A stretch of 64,000 nucleotides of DNA, taken from NCBI GenBank assembly GCA_963751455.1, contig CAVVUN010000003.1, positions 352,001 through 416,000 on the forward strand, given 5' to 3'. The notes beneath the pieces were generated by a model. It searched no databases, was not told the DNA's origin, and saw nothing but the letters and a program-made list of their open reading frames with translations. Below, piece by piece: positions 46,297 through 60,590 of this stretch. Source of the DNA: Nitrospirota bacterium. Lineage in GTDB: Bacteria > Nitrospirota > UBA9217. Position numbers and translations under genes: made by a program. Position 1 is the first letter of the stretch. Each line of letters begins with the position of its first letter.

Positions 46297-47625
46297 ATGG
46301 ATCAGGAAAGAGTTTGGGAAGAAATACTGTTATTGATAGAAAATCGAATGTCCAAGCAGGGTTACGACACCTGGTTCAGTCAGTCTAAACTCATGTCTCT
46401 GGACGGAAACCGGCTTGTTATCGAGGTACCGAGCAAGTTTCACAGAGATTGGATCAGGGAACATTACTGGAGCACCATATCCGATGTTATAAAAGAAGTT
46501 ACGAAAAAAAGCGACATGGATATTGATTTTTTCGTACAGCCTCAGGCAACCAAAAAAGCAGTGCGCCACGTAAAAGAAGACAAGAAAGAAGTCCGTGAAG
46601 AGAAAGTCGGCTTTTTTGAACGAAAATATACTTTCAATAACTTTGTTGTGGGTCCCAGCAACCAGTTCGCGCATGCAGCAGCCAAGGCGGTGGCTGACGC
46701 CCCCGGCAGAGCATACAATCCACTCTTTATTTACAGCGGCGTCGGACTGGGGAAAACACATCTTGTGAATGCCATTGGGCATCATATTCAAAGCAAATCT
46801 CTCAAAACCAAAGTTGCATATCTTTCATCGGAACAATTTACAAACGAGTTGATCAACCGCATGAGTCATCAGCGGATGGAAGAATTCAGGCAGAAATACC
46901 GTAACATGGACGTGCTCTTGATCGACGATATTCAGTTTATCGCAGGCAAAGAACGGACGCAGGAAGAATTCTTTCACACGTTTAACACACTCTATGAGAC
47001 GCAGAAACAGATCGTGCTGACCAGCGACCGACAGCCGAAGGAAATTCCCGATATCGAAGAGCGACTCCGGTCACGATTTGAGTGCGGATTGATCTCGGAC
47101 ATCCAGGCGCCGGACCTCGAAACAAGAATCGCGATTCTGAAGAAAAAAGCGGAGTTCTGGGGCATACGCCTGCCCGATGATGTTGCGGAATTTCTTGCGT
47201 CAATGATGAAAAACAACATCAGAGAACTGGAAGGCGGGCTCGTGAAACTGGGCGCCGTTTCCTCCCTGACCAATACCGAGATCACCCAGGAGCTTGCGCA
47301 GAACGAGCTTAAGTATATCCTCGACAATCGCGAAAAAATTATAACAAACGAGCTGGTCCAGAAGGTTGTCGCGGAAACCTTTGGAGTAAAAATATCCGAT
47401 TTGAAATCTAAACGCAGAACAAAGGCAGTAGTTTTGCCGCGCCAGGTCGCGATGTATCTCTGCAGACACCAGGCCGGATCTTCGCTTCCCGACATCGGCA
47501 ACTTTTTCGGCGGCAAGGATCACAGTACGGTTATCCACGCCTGTAAAGTCATAGAGGAGAAGAAGGAAAAAGACGCGGAACTCCGGGCGCGCATAGAGAT
47601 GTTGATTAAGCAATTAAGGCACTGA
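46297..47625 (+). CDS. dnaA: Chromosomal replication initiator DnaA
   Basis: YNPLFIYSGVGLGKTHL, LLIDDIQF, RLRSRF, GGKDHSTVIHA. Confidence 0.98.
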   Translation: MDQERVWEEILLLIENRMSKQGYDTWFSQSKLMSLDGNRLVIEVPSKFHRDWIREHYWSTISDVIKEVTKKSDMDIDFFVQPQATKKAVRHVKEDKKEVREEKVGFFERKYTFNNFVVGPSNQFAHAAAKAVADAPGRAYNPLFIYSGVGLGKTHLVNAIGHHIQSKSLKTKVAYLSSEQFTNELINRMSHQRMEEFRQKYRNMDVLLIDDIQFIAGKERTQEEFFHTFNTLYETQKQIVLTSDRQPKEIPDIEERLRSRFECGLISDIQAPDLETRIAILKKKAEFWGIRLPDDVAEFLASMMKNNIRELEGGLVKLGAVSSLTNTEITQELAQNELKYILDNREKIITNELVQKVVAETFGVKISDLKSKRRTKAVVLPRQVAMYLCRHQAGSSLPDIGNFFGGKDHSTVIHACKVIEEKKEKDAELRARIEMLIKQLRH

Positions 47626-47712
47626 TTATTAAGGAAAACAATTAAAATATTTGTTGCTATTTACCGGCGATTCTGATAGTATTCTTGGACCACTCACAGG
47701 AGGCTTCATCAG

Positions 47713-48828
47713 ATGAAACTGAAGATCAAGAAAGAAGAAATCCTGAAGGGTTTGCAGAGGATCCAGGGCGTCGTTGAAAAGAAGAATACGATGCCGATTC
47801 TCTCCAACATGCTTTTGACAGCAGACAGCGCCGGCGTCGAGATAGTAGCAACGGATCTTGAGATAGGGCTTCGCGGGCGATATTCCGCTGAGGTTGAAAA
47901 ACAGGGCGCGGTGACCGTATCCGCCAAGAAAATGTATGAAATCGTTCGCGAGCTGCAGGCGGAAGATATTCAACTCAGCGTTGAAGACGGGAACTGGATA
48001 AAGTTAACATCCGGCCACTCGCAGTTCAAGCTTGTGGCGCTCCCGAAAGAAGAATTCCCCGCCCTTCCGGAAGTCCCGGAAGACGGTATGATCGCCATAG
48101 AGGGCGGAACTCTTCGCGAAATGATAAAAAAGACGCTGTACTCGGTCGGCGAAAACGATGCACGATACGTTCTGAACGGTTTATTCGTGCACATGTCCGC
48201 TTCAGGCAAGGGACTGAACATCCGCATGGTCGGTACAGACGGCCACAGGTTGTCGATGATCGACCGGGTTGTGGACGCCAAGCATAAAGAAGAGAGCATG
48301 ATCATACCCAAGAAGGCAATGATGGAGCTTCGCCGGCTTCTTGAGGAGGATTCATCAAACGCCGAGTTGCGCCTGGGGTTCAGCAAGAACCATGCGGTTT
48401 TCAAACGTGATTCCCTGATTATGGTTTCGAAGCTGATCGACGGCAATTATCCCAACTATCTCCAGGTCGTTCCTTCGAAGAGCACGAAGAAGGTCGTCGT
48501 TGACAAAGACATCTTCACCCACGCGGTGAAGCGGGTTTCGATTTTGTCGAAAGAAAAAACGAACGCCGTGAAGATGCAGCTCGAAAAAGACAAGCTGCTT
48601 CTCTCGACCAACAATCCGGAAGTGGGCGAGGCCAATGAAGAGCTCTCCGTCGAGTACAAGGGCGAAGCGATAACGATCGGTTTTAATTCCCGCTATCTTA
48701 TGGATGTACTTGGCGCAATGGATCGCGCGACGATTGCCATCGAGCTGAGCGACGCTCTCAGCCCGTGTTTGATGACCGAAGTAGGCGACGATCATTACAA
48801 GTGCGTTGTTATGCCGATGAGAGTGTGA
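47713..48828 (+). CDS. dnaN: DNA polymerase III beta clamp
   Basis: ATDLE, GTDGHRL, IGFNSRYL, VMPMR. Confidence 0.98.
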   Translation: MKLKIKKEEILKGLQRIQGVVEKKNTMPILSNMLLTADSAGVEIVATDLEIGLRGRYSAEVEKQGAVTVSAKKMYEIVRELQAEDIQLSVEDGNWIKLTSGHSQFKLVALPKEEFPALPEVPEDGMIAIEGGTLREMIKKTLYSVGENDARYVLNGLFVHMSASGKGLNIRMVGTDGHRLSMIDRVVDAKHKEESMIIPKKAMMELRRLLEEDSSNAELRLGFSKNHAVFKRDSLIMVSKLIDGNYPNYLQVVPSKSTKKVVVDKDIFTHAVKRVSILSKEKTNAVKMQLEKDKLLLSTNNPEVGEANEELSVEYKGEAITIGFNSRYLMDVLGAMDRATIAIELSDALSPCLMTEVGDDHYKCVVMPMRV

Positions 48829-48949
48829 CGACATTCTTTGAATGTCGAATGGGAAATTGAAAATTGAAAATTGAAGAAATAGCAATGCAATTTGATATTT
48901 CCAATTTTCATTTTTCAATGGAGTAACGGAGTACGACGTGAGGGATTGA

Positions 48950-51388
<2,439 letters not shown>

Positions 51389-51487
51389 TTTGGAGCGAGC
51401 CGACCGTGTCGGCGTTATAGGCGGCGAGTTATCGCCGGTTTCAGAAAAAACGGCAACACGGTTGCCTTGGTCCAAAAAAGAGATTAT

Positions 51488-53989
51488 ATGGAATCACAAG
51501 AGATAAAATCACAGATCAATATCGAAGAAGAAATGAAAACCGCATACCTCGATTACTCCATGAGCGTAATCGTGGGGCGGGCTCTTCCCGATGTCCGGGA
51601 CGGATTAAAACCCGTACATCGGCGCATTCTCTACGCGATGTTTCGCGAAGGACTCCTGCACAATAAAAAATACTCCAAGAGCGCCGGTGTTGTCGGCGAA
51701 GTCCTGAAGAAGTACCATCCTCACGGCGACAGTGCGGTTTACGACACCATGGTCAGGATGGCGCAGGACTTCAACCTGCGCTACCTTCTCGTGGACGGGC
51801 AGGGCAACTTCGGGTCCATCGACGGTGACCCGGCAGCGGCGTATCGTTATACCGAGGCCAGGCTCACCAAGCTGGCGGAAGAGCTGCTTGCGGACATAGA
51901 CAAGGAAACCGTTGATTTCGTCCCGAACTTCGACGACACGACCGTGGAACCTTCGGTTCTTCCCACGCGCGTGCCGAACCTGCTGATCAACGGTTCAGCC
52001 GGCATCGCGGTCGGCATGGCAACGAACATCCCTCCTCACAATCTCACCGAAGTAGTCGACGGCCTCGTCATGATGATCGACAATCCCGAAGTTTCCATCC
52101 CGGAGCTGATGACGGCGATCAAGGGGCCTGATTTTCCAACCGCAGCGTTTATCCACGGCTATGAGGGGATCAAGCAGGCGTACATGACAGGCCGCGGCAT
52201 CGTACAGATGCGCGCCCGGGCCGTGATCGAGGAGGGCAAGGGCGACCGCGAGACTATCGTTGTAAGCGAACTGCCGTACCAGGTGAACAAGGCCAGGCTG
52301 CTCGAAAGGATCGCGGAACTGGTCCAGGAGAAAAAAATCACGGGTATTTCCGAGATACGGGATGAATCCGACCGCGAAGGCATGCGGATCGTGATCGAGC
52401 TTAAAAAGGGCGAAATAACGAACGTTATTTTGAACCAGCTTTATAAACATACCGCGATGCAATCGACGTTCGGGGTCATCATGCTTGCGCTCGTAAACAA
52501 CCAGCCGCGCATCCTGAACCTCCGCAAACTGCTCTCGAATTTCATTCAGCACCGACGCGAAGTCGTTGTGCGGAGGACTAAATACGACCTCAGGAAAGCC
52601 GAGGAGCGGGCGCATATCCTGCTCGGCCTCAAGATCGCGCTCGACAACCTTGATGCGGTGATCGCGCTGATCAAGGCGTCGGCAAATCCCGAAGAAGCCA
52701 AAAACGGACTGGTAAGAGAGTTCAAACTGTCGGAGATACAGGCGCAGGCCATTCTCAAGATGCGGCTGCAGCGCCTTACAGGACTGGAGCGGGACAAGAT
52801 TATCGCGGAGTATGATGAAGTGATCAAGGAGATAGCCCGCCTGAACGAAATTCTCGGCTCCGACGCGCTCGTGATGAAAATCATCCGTGACGAACTGCTG
52901 GCGGTAAAGCAGGAATATGGTGATGAGCGGCGGACCGAAATCGTGGCCCAGACCTCGGAGATCGATATCGAGGACCTTATCAAGGACGAAGACATGGTGA
53001 TTACGATCTCCCATGCAGGCTACATCAAGCGAAACGCCCTGACCACATACCGGGCCCAAAAACGCGGGGGCAAGGGCAAAATCGGCATGGAGACCAAGGA
53101 AGAGGATTTCGTCGAGCGGCTTTTCATGGCCTCTGCGCACAGCTATATTCTCTTTTTCACCAACAAGGGAAGGGTATACTGGCTTAAAGTCCACCAGATT
53201 CCTGAGGCGAGCAGACAGGCCAAGGGCAAGGCCATCGTCAACCTGATTCAAATCAGCCAGGACGAAAGGGTCACGGCCGCTCTTCCCATTCGGGGATTTG
53301 CTCCGGGCCACTTCATCCTGATGGCAACCAAGAAAGGCATCATAAAAAAGACCGAGCTGGAGTCCTACAGTCACCCCAGGCCTTCCGGCATCATCGCAAT
53401 TAAGCTCGAAGAAGGCGACGAACTCATCTCAGCCGAAGTGACGGACGGCAAGCGGGACGTATTTCTCGGGACCCGGGACGGCCTCTCCATCCGCTTCTCC
53501 GAGGACGACGTTCGCGAAATCGGCCGTACCGGCAAAGGAGTCATCGGCATACGGCTCAATGAAGGCAATGGGGTTGTCGGCATGGAAATCGTGCGTGACG
53601 ACTCCACGATACTCACCGTGACTGAAAAAGGCTACGGCAAGAGAAGCACACTTGAGGACTACCGGAGCCAGGGCAGGGGCGGCAAGGGTATTATCACGAT
53701 CAAAACGACCGAAAAGAACGGCCGGGTAATCGGCATGGCCCAGGTGTCAGAGGAAGACGAGATCATTCTCATTACGGGCAACGGTAAGGTTCTTCGAATC
53801 AGGACCAGGGACATCTCGGTGCAAGGCCGGAATACACAAGGCCTTCGTCTTTTTGACATTGAAGAAGGAGACAAAGTAGTCAGTTTCGCCAAACTGGTCG
53901 AACGCGAGGAAGAGAAAGAACCGGACGCGGAGAAAAGCGGTGCGCAAACGCCGGAACCCGAAGGAGGGGAGGGTTCGGCCGGATCATGA
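51488..53989 (+). CDS. gyrA: DNA gyrase subunit A
   Basis: [23 protein letters not shown], GyrA box QKRGGKG. Confidence 0.98.
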   Translation: MESQEIKSQINIEEEMKTAYLDYSMSVIVGRALPDVRDGLKPVHRRILYAMFREGLLHNKKYSKSAGVVGEVLKKYHPHGDSAVYDTMVRMAQDFNLRYLLVDGQGNFGSIDGDPAAAYRYTEARLTKLAEELLADIDKETVDFVPNFDDTTVEPSVLPTRVPNLLINGSAGIAVGMATNIPPHNLTEVVDGLVMMIDNPEVSIPELMTAIKGPDFPTAAFIHGYEGIKQAYMTGRGIVQMRARAVIEEGKGDRETIVVSELPYQVNKARLLERIAELVQEKKITGISEIRDESDREGMRIVIELKKGEITNVILNQLYKHTAMQSTFGVIMLALVNNQPRILNLRKLLSNFIQHRREVVVRRTKYDLRKAEERAHILLGLKIALDNLDAVIALIKASANPEEAKNGLVREFKLSEIQAQAILKMRLQRLTGLERDKIIAEYDEVIKEIARLNEILGSDALVMKIIRDELLAVKQEYGDERRTEIVAQTSEIDIEDLIKDEDMVITISHAGYIKRNALTTYRAQKRGGKGKIGMETKEEDFVERLFMASAHSYILFFTNKGRVYWLKVHQIPEASRQAKGKAIVNLIQISQDERVTAALPIRGFAPGHFILMATKKGIIKKTELESYSHPRPSGIIAIKLEEGDELISAEVTDGKRDVFLGTRDGLSIRFSEDDVREIGRTGKGVIGIRLNEGNGVVGMEIVRDDSTILTVTEKGYGKRSTLEDYRSQGRGGKGIITIKTTEKNGRVIGMAQVSEEDEIILITGNGKVLRIRTRDISVQGRNTQGLRLFDIEEGDKVVSFAKLVEREEEKEPDAEKSGAQTPEPEGGEGSAGS

Positions 53990-54774
53990 AGAAGACCCTT
54001 GCGGTTCTCCTGCTCGGAATCATTCTTTCAGGATGTGAAGCACTCGACAAAACCGCCATCAACGAATACGAGGATGCTACCCGCAAGTGGAATGCGGGCG
54101 ATTACCCGACCGCTGTCAGGATATATTTCGGGATCGTCAAAGAGCATCCGCGCAGCGCGCGGGCGGACGACGCGCTCTACTGGGCAGGAGTGACCCAGTT
54201 CCTGTATATGGGCCAAACGGAGATGGCGCTTGAGACGCTCCGCCTGCTCCTCAAAAGGTATCCGAACAGGGACATGGCCCCCCAGGCGCAATGGTATATC
54301 GCCCAGATTTACGAACTCGGATATAATGAATACGGGAAGGCGGGCGAGGAGTATAGAAAGGCGATAGAATATACGAATCTCGAGGTAAGGGAAAAAAGCC
54401 TTTACAGCCTCGCTGACTGCCTTTTCAGAATCGGCAAGACAGACGAGGCGAAAGAGGTCTGGACCCGTCAAATAACGGAATTCCCCGCCGGGCCGAATGT
54501 AAGGCTGGGCTATTACCGGCTCGGTACAGCGTCCTTCTCCAGGGGCGAGCTCAATACGGCGGAGTCCTTCTACCGGAAAGCTCTTGAAAATAACCCGGAC
54601 CGCGAGCTTGCAATCAAGGCCAAATTCGCGCTTGCCGGCTGCCTCGAGGCAGGCGATAACCTGACGGAAGCGCTCAAGTTCTATAGAGAGATCGAGCCCG
54701 ATTATTCCAACAAAGAGGCAATCCAGATCAAGATCAAGGCGCTCGAGACCAGGATCAGAAAGAAAAGTTATTGA
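53986..54774 (+). CDS. TPR-repeat lipoprotein
   Basis: Lipobox LSGC; repeated TPR helices ([18 protein letters not shown]). Confidence 0.8.
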   Translation: MKKTLAVLLLGIILSGCEALDKTAINEYEDATRKWNAGDYPTAVRIYFGIVKEHPRSARADDALYWAGVTQFLYMGQTEMALETLRLLLKRYPNRDMAPQAQWYIAQIYELGYNEYGKAGEEYRKAIEYTNLEVREKSLYSLADCLFRIGKTDEAKEVWTRQITEFPAGPNVRLGYYRLGTASFSRGELNTAESFYRKALENNPDRELAIKAKFALAGCLEAGDNLTEALKFYREIEPDYSNKEAIQIKIKALETRIRKKSY

Positions 54775-54801
54775 CAACCCAGAAGGAGAATGATACTTTA
54801 A

Positions 54802-56097
54802 ATGCTTGATTTGCGGTTGGTAAGGGAGCACGTCGAGGAGGTCAAAGCAGGGCTTGCCCGGCGGGGCATGACCGTCGACTTCACCGAGTTTCTCGCACTT
54901 GACGCGAAACAGCGCGCGGCGCAGCAGGAAATTGAAACACTTCGCCGCAAACGCAATGAAGTTTCCCAGGAAATCGGCCGGCTCAAAAAGGCCGGTCAGC
55001 CTGCAGAGGACAAGGTCGCCGAGATGCGCCGCGTCGGAGATGACATCGCGGCGCTCGAGAGCGGCACCCGTGAGCTGGAAGAAGCGCAGCGTAACCTCCT
55101 GCTCACGATCCCGAACATCCCGCACGCCTCAGTCCCCATCGGCAAAGATGAGAACGACAATGTAGAGATCAGGCGCTGGTCGCCCCAGGGCGATCAACCC
55201 CCTCAGTTCTCCTTCGAACCGAAACCGCACTGGGACCTTGCAGAATATCTGGACATCATCGATTTCGACCGGGCCGGGAAAATCACCGGGGCCCGTTTTG
55301 CTCTTTACAAAGGCATGGGCGCCCGACTGGAGCGGGCGCTGATTAATTTCATGCTCGACCTCCACACTACGGAACACGGCTACCTGGAAGTTTTGCCGCC
55401 GTTCATGGTGAATAAGACCAGCATGACGGCGACAGGTCAGCTTCCAAAGTTTGAAGAAGAACTGTTCAAAGTCGACAATGGCGCCTTCTATCTTATTCCC
55501 ACGGCGGAGGTGCCGGTCACCAATATCCACCAGGACGAAATCCTGGCCGAGGAGAGCCTTCCGGTGCTGTACACGGCATATACGCCGTGTTTCAGGCGCG
55601 AGGCAGGATCGTACGGCAAAGACACCAGGGGGCTCATACGGCAGCACCAATTCAATAAGGTCGAGCTTGTAAAGTTTTCGAAGCCTGAAAGCTCGTACGA
55701 TGAACTCAAGAAGCTCACCGCGAATGCCGAGGAAGTGCTCAGGCGGCTCGGCCTTCCGTACCGGGTGATCGTGCTGTGCACCGGCGACATAGGTTTTTCT
55801 GCAGCGAAGACGTACGATATCGAAGTCTGGCTGCCGGCGCAGAATCGTTACCGGGAAATATCATCGTGTTCCAATTTCGAGGAATTCCAGGCCCGGCGCG
55901 GGAATATCCGTTATAAACCGGTTGGCGGGAAAAAGACGGAATTCGTGCATACTCTGAACGGATCCGGACTTGCTGTTGGCCGCACCGTGGTCGCTATCCT
56001 TGAGAATTATCAGCAGCCCGACGGCAGTATAGTAATACCAGAAGCGCTCAGGAAGTACATGGGAGGGGCGGAGAAAATAACGAAGGGCGCGAGATAG
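54802..56097 (+). CDS. serS: Serine--tRNA ligase
   Basis: [39 protein letters not shown]. Confidence 0.98.
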   Translation: MLDLRLVREHVEEVKAGLARRGMTVDFTEFLALDAKQRAAQQEIETLRRKRNEVSQEIGRLKKAGQPAEDKVAEMRRVGDDIAALESGTRELEEAQRNLLLTIPNIPHASVPIGKDENDNVEIRRWSPQGDQPPQFSFEPKPHWDLAEYLDIIDFDRAGKITGARFALYKGMGARLERALINFMLDLHTTEHGYLEVLPPFMVNKTSMTATGQLPKFEEELFKVDNGAFYLIPTAEVPVTNIHQDEILAEESLPVLYTAYTPCFRREAGSYGKDTRGLIRQHQFNKVELVKFSKPESSYDELKKLTANAEEVLRRLGLPYRVIVLCTGDIGFSAAKTYDIEVWLPAQNRYREISSCSNFEEFQARRGNIRYKPVGGKKTEFVHTLNGSGLAVGRTVVAILENYQQPDGSIVIPEALRKYMGGAEKITKGAR

Positions 56098-56150
56098 AAG
56101 GGATGCAGGAAACAGGATGTCGGATGCATCGTCCATCGAGTTTCTAAACC

Positions 56151-56236
<86 letters not shown>

Positions 56237-56290
56237 TAATCAAAAGAATTGAAAATTGGACAACGTTATAATCAAGTAATGAAGCAACAC

Positions 56291-56380
56291 GGAGAGGTGG
56301 CCGAGCGGCTGAAGGCAGCTGCCTGCTAAGCAGTTGTGGGGGTAACTCCACCCCGGGTTCGAATCCCGGCCTCTCCGCCA
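56291..56380 (+). tRNA. tRNA-Ser (GCT)
   Basis: Anticodon arm gctgc-ctGCTaa-gcagt; GGTTCGAATCC; CCA. Confidence 0.95.
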
Positions 56381-56539
56381 TTTTTACCGGATTGAGCTGC
56401 TGATCTCGTCAGCGGTTGAGTAACGATATAAAGTTGCGATGTCGTTGTAGATTTTTTCTCTAAGGGTTTTTTATTTTTGAAGAAAGCATAGTCAAGAATA
56501 CAAAGCCGAACAGGCTAATTTCAAGGAGGACATTTTTCA

Positions 56540-57049
56540 ATGAAGAAGACTATTTCAGTGTTGGTTGTACTGGTCTTGGCCTTATCCTTCGGAGCATGCA
56601 AAAAGAAGGAAGAAAAGTCGCAGCTGCCTGGCGGACATCCGGGCGCGCAGGGAAGCATGTCTCCAGGAGCAATGCCGAATGCGCCCAAGGTGCAGCGGAC
56701 CGTAGTTGTTTCAAAAGAAGTGGCGTCGAAGTGGAAAGCGGTCAAGCTTGCCGTTGAGAATAAGGCAAGCAAGACAACGAAAGAGTATAGCATCAACATC
56801 GGTTCCGAACTTGCTGTTCCGGGCACAGCCATAAAGGTGAAGATACTTTCGTTCCTGCCGGACTTTAAAATGTCCGACAAGGAATTTTATTCCGCATCGG
56901 AAAAGCCTAACCAGCCCGCGGTGCAAATTGCGGTAACCGAAAGCGGCAAGGAAGTTTTTAACAACTGGTTGTTCTCGATGCAGCCCGGCGTACACCCGTT
57001 CCAGCATCCGTCAATCGGCCTCGTGCTCCTTGGCGGAGTTTCGAAATAG
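56540..57049 (+). CDS. Lipoprotein (DUF2155-like)
   Basis: Lipobox FGAC; F.PDF, N.PAV, FNNWLF...HPFQHP. Confidence 0.65.
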   Translation: MKKTISVLVVLVLALSFGACKKKEEKSQLPGGHPGAQGSMSPGAMPNAPKVQRTVVVSKEVASKWKAVKLAVENKASKTTKEYSINIGSELAVPGTAIKVKILSFLPDFKMSDKEFYSASEKPNQPAVQIAVTESGKEVFNNWLFSMQPGVHPFQHPSIGLVLLGGVSK

Positions 57050-57113
57050 TCCCGGCAAGACAGGGACAGAATTTAACACGGATGCGTATTTTGCATCCGT
57101 GTGCTTTTCCAAT

Positions 57114-57190
57114 GCGCCCATAGCTCAGTTGGATAGAGCGACGGACTACGAATCCGTAGGCCAGAGGTTCGAATCCTCTTGGGCGCACCA
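57114..57190 (+). tRNA. tRNA-Arg (ACG)
   Basis: GCGCCCA...TGGGCGCACCA; anticodon arm acgga-ctACGaa-tccgt. Confidence 0.96.
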
Positions 57191-57352
57191 GTATTAAAGC
57201 ACAAAGAAACGTGCGGGGACAATAAAACGAGTGGTCGGAGAATAGAACCTCTGGCCCAAGGGGCTTCAGGGGAAGGATTCCCCTGAGCTTCGGGGGAGAT
57301 CCAGAGGGGGCGAGCCCCCTTCTGGGGAGCCCTTTACGGGCGACGGCTAGAC

Positions 57353-57375
57353 GGTTCGAATCCTCTTGGGCGCAC
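57353..57375 (+). repeat. 23-bp duplication of the tRNA-Arg 3' end (att-like)
   Basis: ggttcgaatcctcttgggcgcac identical to 57166..57188. Confidence 0.85.
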
Positions 57376-57522
57376 GCACCAATTGAACCAATGCGGAATA
57401 AGAATTGCGGAGCCTGCGCCCAGCGGTTATGAGACCCTTGATTCCCGTCTCGCGACTGTCAGCGAGATGGTACGACAATGAGTCTAAGTATTGCGCTATG
57501 CCGCGAATGCAGGGTGTGCGGA

Positions 57523-58026
57523 ATGAAAGACAAAACAGAGAATCCAACTCACAGGAGCGACGAGTATTTTATGCGCTTGGCCTTGGCCGAGGCAGAAAAG
57601 GCAGCTGCGCTGGGAGAAACCCCGGTCGGCGCAGTTCTTGTCATCAGCGGTGACGTTATTGCCGCTGCTCATAATATGCGAGAAACGTGGCAGGACCCGA
57701 CTGCTCACGCAGAAATGCTCGTGCTGCGCGAAGCGTCGTTGAAGCTGGGCAGATGGCGCCTCGAAGAGGCCTCTCTCTACGTGACTCTTGAACCGTGCCT
57801 TATGTGCGCAGGCGCACTTGTGCTTGCCAGGATCGACCGGCTTGTTTACGGATGTCGCGACCAGAAGGCAGGAGCGCTTGGCTCGGCCTACGATGTAGTA
57901 CGAGATGGTCGGTTAAACCATACGTACCGGATCACTCCGGGCATCCTCGAAGCGGAATGCCGCGAACTGCTTCAGATTTTTTTCGGGAAGCTGAGGACGA
58001 AAAATCTACTGACAACTCACAACTGA
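57523..58026 (+). CDS. tadA: tRNA adenosine(34) deaminase
   Basis: GETPVGAV, DPTAHAE, TLEPCLMCAGA, RLNH. Confidence 0.95.
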   Translation: MKDKTENPTHRSDEYFMRLALAEAEKAAALGETPVGAVLVISGDVIAAAHNMRETWQDPTAHAEMLVLREASLKLGRWRLEEASLYVTLEPCLMCAGALVLARIDRLVYGCRDQKAGALGSAYDVVRDGRLNHTYRITPGILEAECRELLQIFFGKLRTKNLLTTHN

Positions 58027-58097
58027 CAACAGATAGTAAGCCGGCGTTGCAATTATGTGGTAAGATGTCCGTTGCGGGTTATACGTTAAGTAGTTCC

Positions 58098-58187
58098 GGA
58101 GAGGTGGCCGAGCGGCTGAAGGCGGCAGTCTCGAAAACTGTTGTGGGGGTAACTCCACCGGGGGTTCAAATCCCCCCCTCTCCGCCA
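58098..58187 (+). tRNA. tRNA-Ser (CGA)
   Basis: Anticodon arm gcagt-ctCGAaa-actgt; long variable arm; CCA. Confidence 0.95.
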
Positions 58188-58333
58188 TAAAAATTGCGGA
58201 TTTCACCCTGCTCTAGCGATAGCGCGGGTACAAGCGGAATGCGGAATTCGGAATAAAAAAAGACAAAACAGATAAACGGGCGGTTGCTGAATTTTCAATC
58301 CGCAATCCGCAATCAAAAATTCGAAATTGAAAC

Positions 58334-58421
58334 GGAGAGGTGGCCGAGAGGCCGAAGGCGCACGCTTGGAAAGCGTGTTTAGGGTAACCTAACGTGGGTT
58401 CGAATCCCACCCTCTCCGCCA
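58334..58421 (+). tRNA. tRNA-Ser (GGA)
   Basis: Anticodon arm cacgc-ttGGAaa-gcgtg; CCA. Confidence 0.95.
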
Positions 58422-58509
58422 TTAATACAAGAAAGAATTGAAAATTGAAAAATGTAAATTTTAAATTTATAATTTTCAATCTGCAATTTCCAGTTCTTTA
58501 AGATTTCGC

Positions 58510-58622
58510 GCTCATGAGCCCGGGTCCTGCGCAACCGCGGTCCCGTGAACCCCGTCAGGTCCGGAAGGAAGCAGCGGTAAGCGGGTTCCGGGTGTGCCGC
58601 AGGGAAGCCCGGGTTTGTGAGC
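58510..58622 (+). ncRNA. ffs: Signal recognition particle RNA (small type)
   Basis: Conserved TCAGGTCCGGAAGGAAGCAGC in a long hairpin upstream of dnaX. Confidence 0.93.
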
Positions 58623-58789
58623 TTTTTTGGTTTATACAAGAGGTTTTTGCCGCAAATGAACGCGAATGTTTGCAGCACAGCATTACTTAAAAAGAGCAAT
58701 TGGGTACGGATGAACGAGGACTGCATTTTATGGCCTTCGTCCATACCACAAATTTCCAATTTGCAGTTGCAGCGGCCGGAGGCCGTGCT

Positions 58790-60451
58790 ATGAGTTACCA
58801 GGTGCTTGCCAGAAAATGGCGACCGCAGATTTTTGACGATGTGGTCGGCCAGGCGCATATAACGCGCACCCTGCAGAATGCAATTGAGTCGGGCAGGCTG
58901 GCTCACGCGTTCCTGTTTTCAGGACCGCGGGGTGTGGGCAAGACCACGACGGCCCGTATCCTGGCCAAAGCGCTCAACTGTTCAACCGGACCGACGCCGA
59001 CCCCGTGCGGAAAATGCGATTCATGCCGGGAGACCGCAGCCGGCACTTCCGTGGATGTGATCGAAATCGACGGCGCATCGAACCGCGGTATCGAGCATAT
59101 CCGCGAGTTGCGCGAAGCCGTGAAATACGCCCCGGCGGGCGGCAAGTACAAAATTTATGTAATTGACGAAGTACACATGCTTACGAACGAGGCGTTTAAT
59201 GCCCTGCTCAAGACCCTTGAAGAGCCGCCGCCGCATGTGATCTTCATATTTGCCACAACCGAACCGCAGAAGATCCCCGCTACCATTCACTCCCGGTGTC
59301 AGCGTTACGGATTCAAGCGCATTCCGCTCAAGGAAATCATAGACCGGCTTCGCAGGATTGCCGATGCCGAATCCATACAAATCAGCGACCAGGGACTGGC
59401 CATGATCGCACGCGCGGCCGAAGGCAGCATGCGTGATTCGCAAAGCCTTCTGGACCAGGCCGTGTCATACAGCGGCATGCAGATCAAGGACAGCGACCTT
59501 CAAGCCACCCTCGGCACCGTTGCACAGGAAGCGCTTTCGAAATTCACGGAGGCGCTGTTGAACCGTAATGCCGGCGAACTGATCAGTTTCGTGGACGGCC
59601 TTCTCGAGCAGGGCCACGACATGCGACAGTTTCTCTCCGGTGTTGTAGAGCATCTTCGGAACCTTCTGATCGTGAAGACCGCTCAGGAGCCGGCGGAAAT
59701 CCTCGAGCTGCCGGCTGCAGATATTGAAGCTATCAAGCTGCAGGCCGGGAGCGCCGAGACTTCACAAGTACTCATGCTCTTCGACAGTCTGTCAAAAACA
59801 CTGGACGACATGAAATGGTCGCCTCATCAGCGGTTTACCCTTGAAATCGGCCTGATCAAAGCATGCAATCTTCCGCCCCTCAAGCCGCTTGCCGAAGTAT
59901 TGGATCATATGAAAGAGCTTGAAGCGCGGCTCGTTACAGGGCAGATATGCACGCCTGGAGCCGCGACCAGGATAAACGAGCGGACCGAATCGTATGCCAC
60001 GGTTGCGAAACCGTCGGCGCCATCGCCTCAGCCGGTTATTCCAGCCGGTGGCGGGGAGCAGGGCGACGTATGGAATAGGGTCATGACGGAACTGAAAGCG
60101 AAAAAACCCGGCATCTTTTCCGCTCTATGCCAGAGCAGGATTGTAAGCCTAACGGACAACGAACTCGTTATCGGAGTTCAAGGCAGCGCTTTTCAGATAG
60201 GAAAGGTTGAGGATCAGGAAAGCCGCAGCATTATTGAGCTTATCGCCCAGAACATCCTGAACCGGAAAGTCCGGCTCAAGGTCCAGGCGCTTGCGCAGGA
60301 GGTGAAGGCCTCGCCCAAGGCAAAGGCGCAGGCGCAGGCGCAGGCGCAGGCGCAGGAAAAAAATAAACCCAGGGAGCAGGACGCTCTCGTTCAGGACGCT
60401 CTCCGAATTTTCGGAGGAGAAGTAATCGAGCAGGACAAGCCCGAAGACTAA
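58790..60451 (+). CDS. dnaX: DNA polymerase III subunit gamma/tau
   Basis: LARKWRP, GPRGVGKTT, EIDGASN, IDEVHML, SRCQ. Confidence 0.97.
   Translation: MSYQVLARKWRPQIFDDVVGQAHITRTLQNAIESGRLAHAFLFSGPRGVGKTTTARILAKALNCSTGPTPTPCGKCDSCRETAAGTSVDVIEIDGASNRGIEHIRELREAVKYAPAGGKYKIYVIDEVHMLTNEAFNALLKTLEEPPPHVIFIFATTEPQKIPATIHSRCQRYGFKRIPLKEIIDRLRRIADAESIQISDQGLAMIARAAEGSMRDSQSLLDQAVSYSGMQIKDSDLQATLGTVAQEALSKFTEALLNRNAGELISFVDGLLEQGHDMRQFLSGVVEHLRNLLIVKTAQEPAEILELPAADIEAIKLQAGSAETSQVLMLFDSLSKTLDDMKWSPHQRFTLEIGLIKACNLPPLKPLAEVLDHMKELEARLVTGQICTPGAATRINERTESYATVAKPSAPSPQPVIPAGGGEQGDVWNRVMTELKAKKPGIFSALCQSRIVSLTDNELVIGVQGSAFQIGKVEDQESRSIIELIAQNILNRKVRLKVQALAQEVKASPKAKAQAQAQAQAQEKNKPREQDALVQDALRIFGGEVIEQDKPED
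60326..60355 (+). repeat. (GCGCAG)5 tandem repeat in dnaX
   Basis: Encodes AQAQAQAQAQ. Confidence 0.9.
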
Positions 60452-60590
60452 TGTGCCCCGCTACAGAGAGTGAACATTTAAATTTCTTATATAGTGATAA
60501 ACTTGTTTTTTGTTGCAAAACCCCAAAATATCTTTTATTATGGAAATTCCATCAGGAATTATGGACGGCTCACATTGTTAAAGGTGCTCA

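Noticed and set aside
60095-60115. Programmed frameshift site in dnaX
   Set aside because: GAAAAAAC does not match the A-AAA-AAG slippery pattern and no clear stimulatory hairpin follows.
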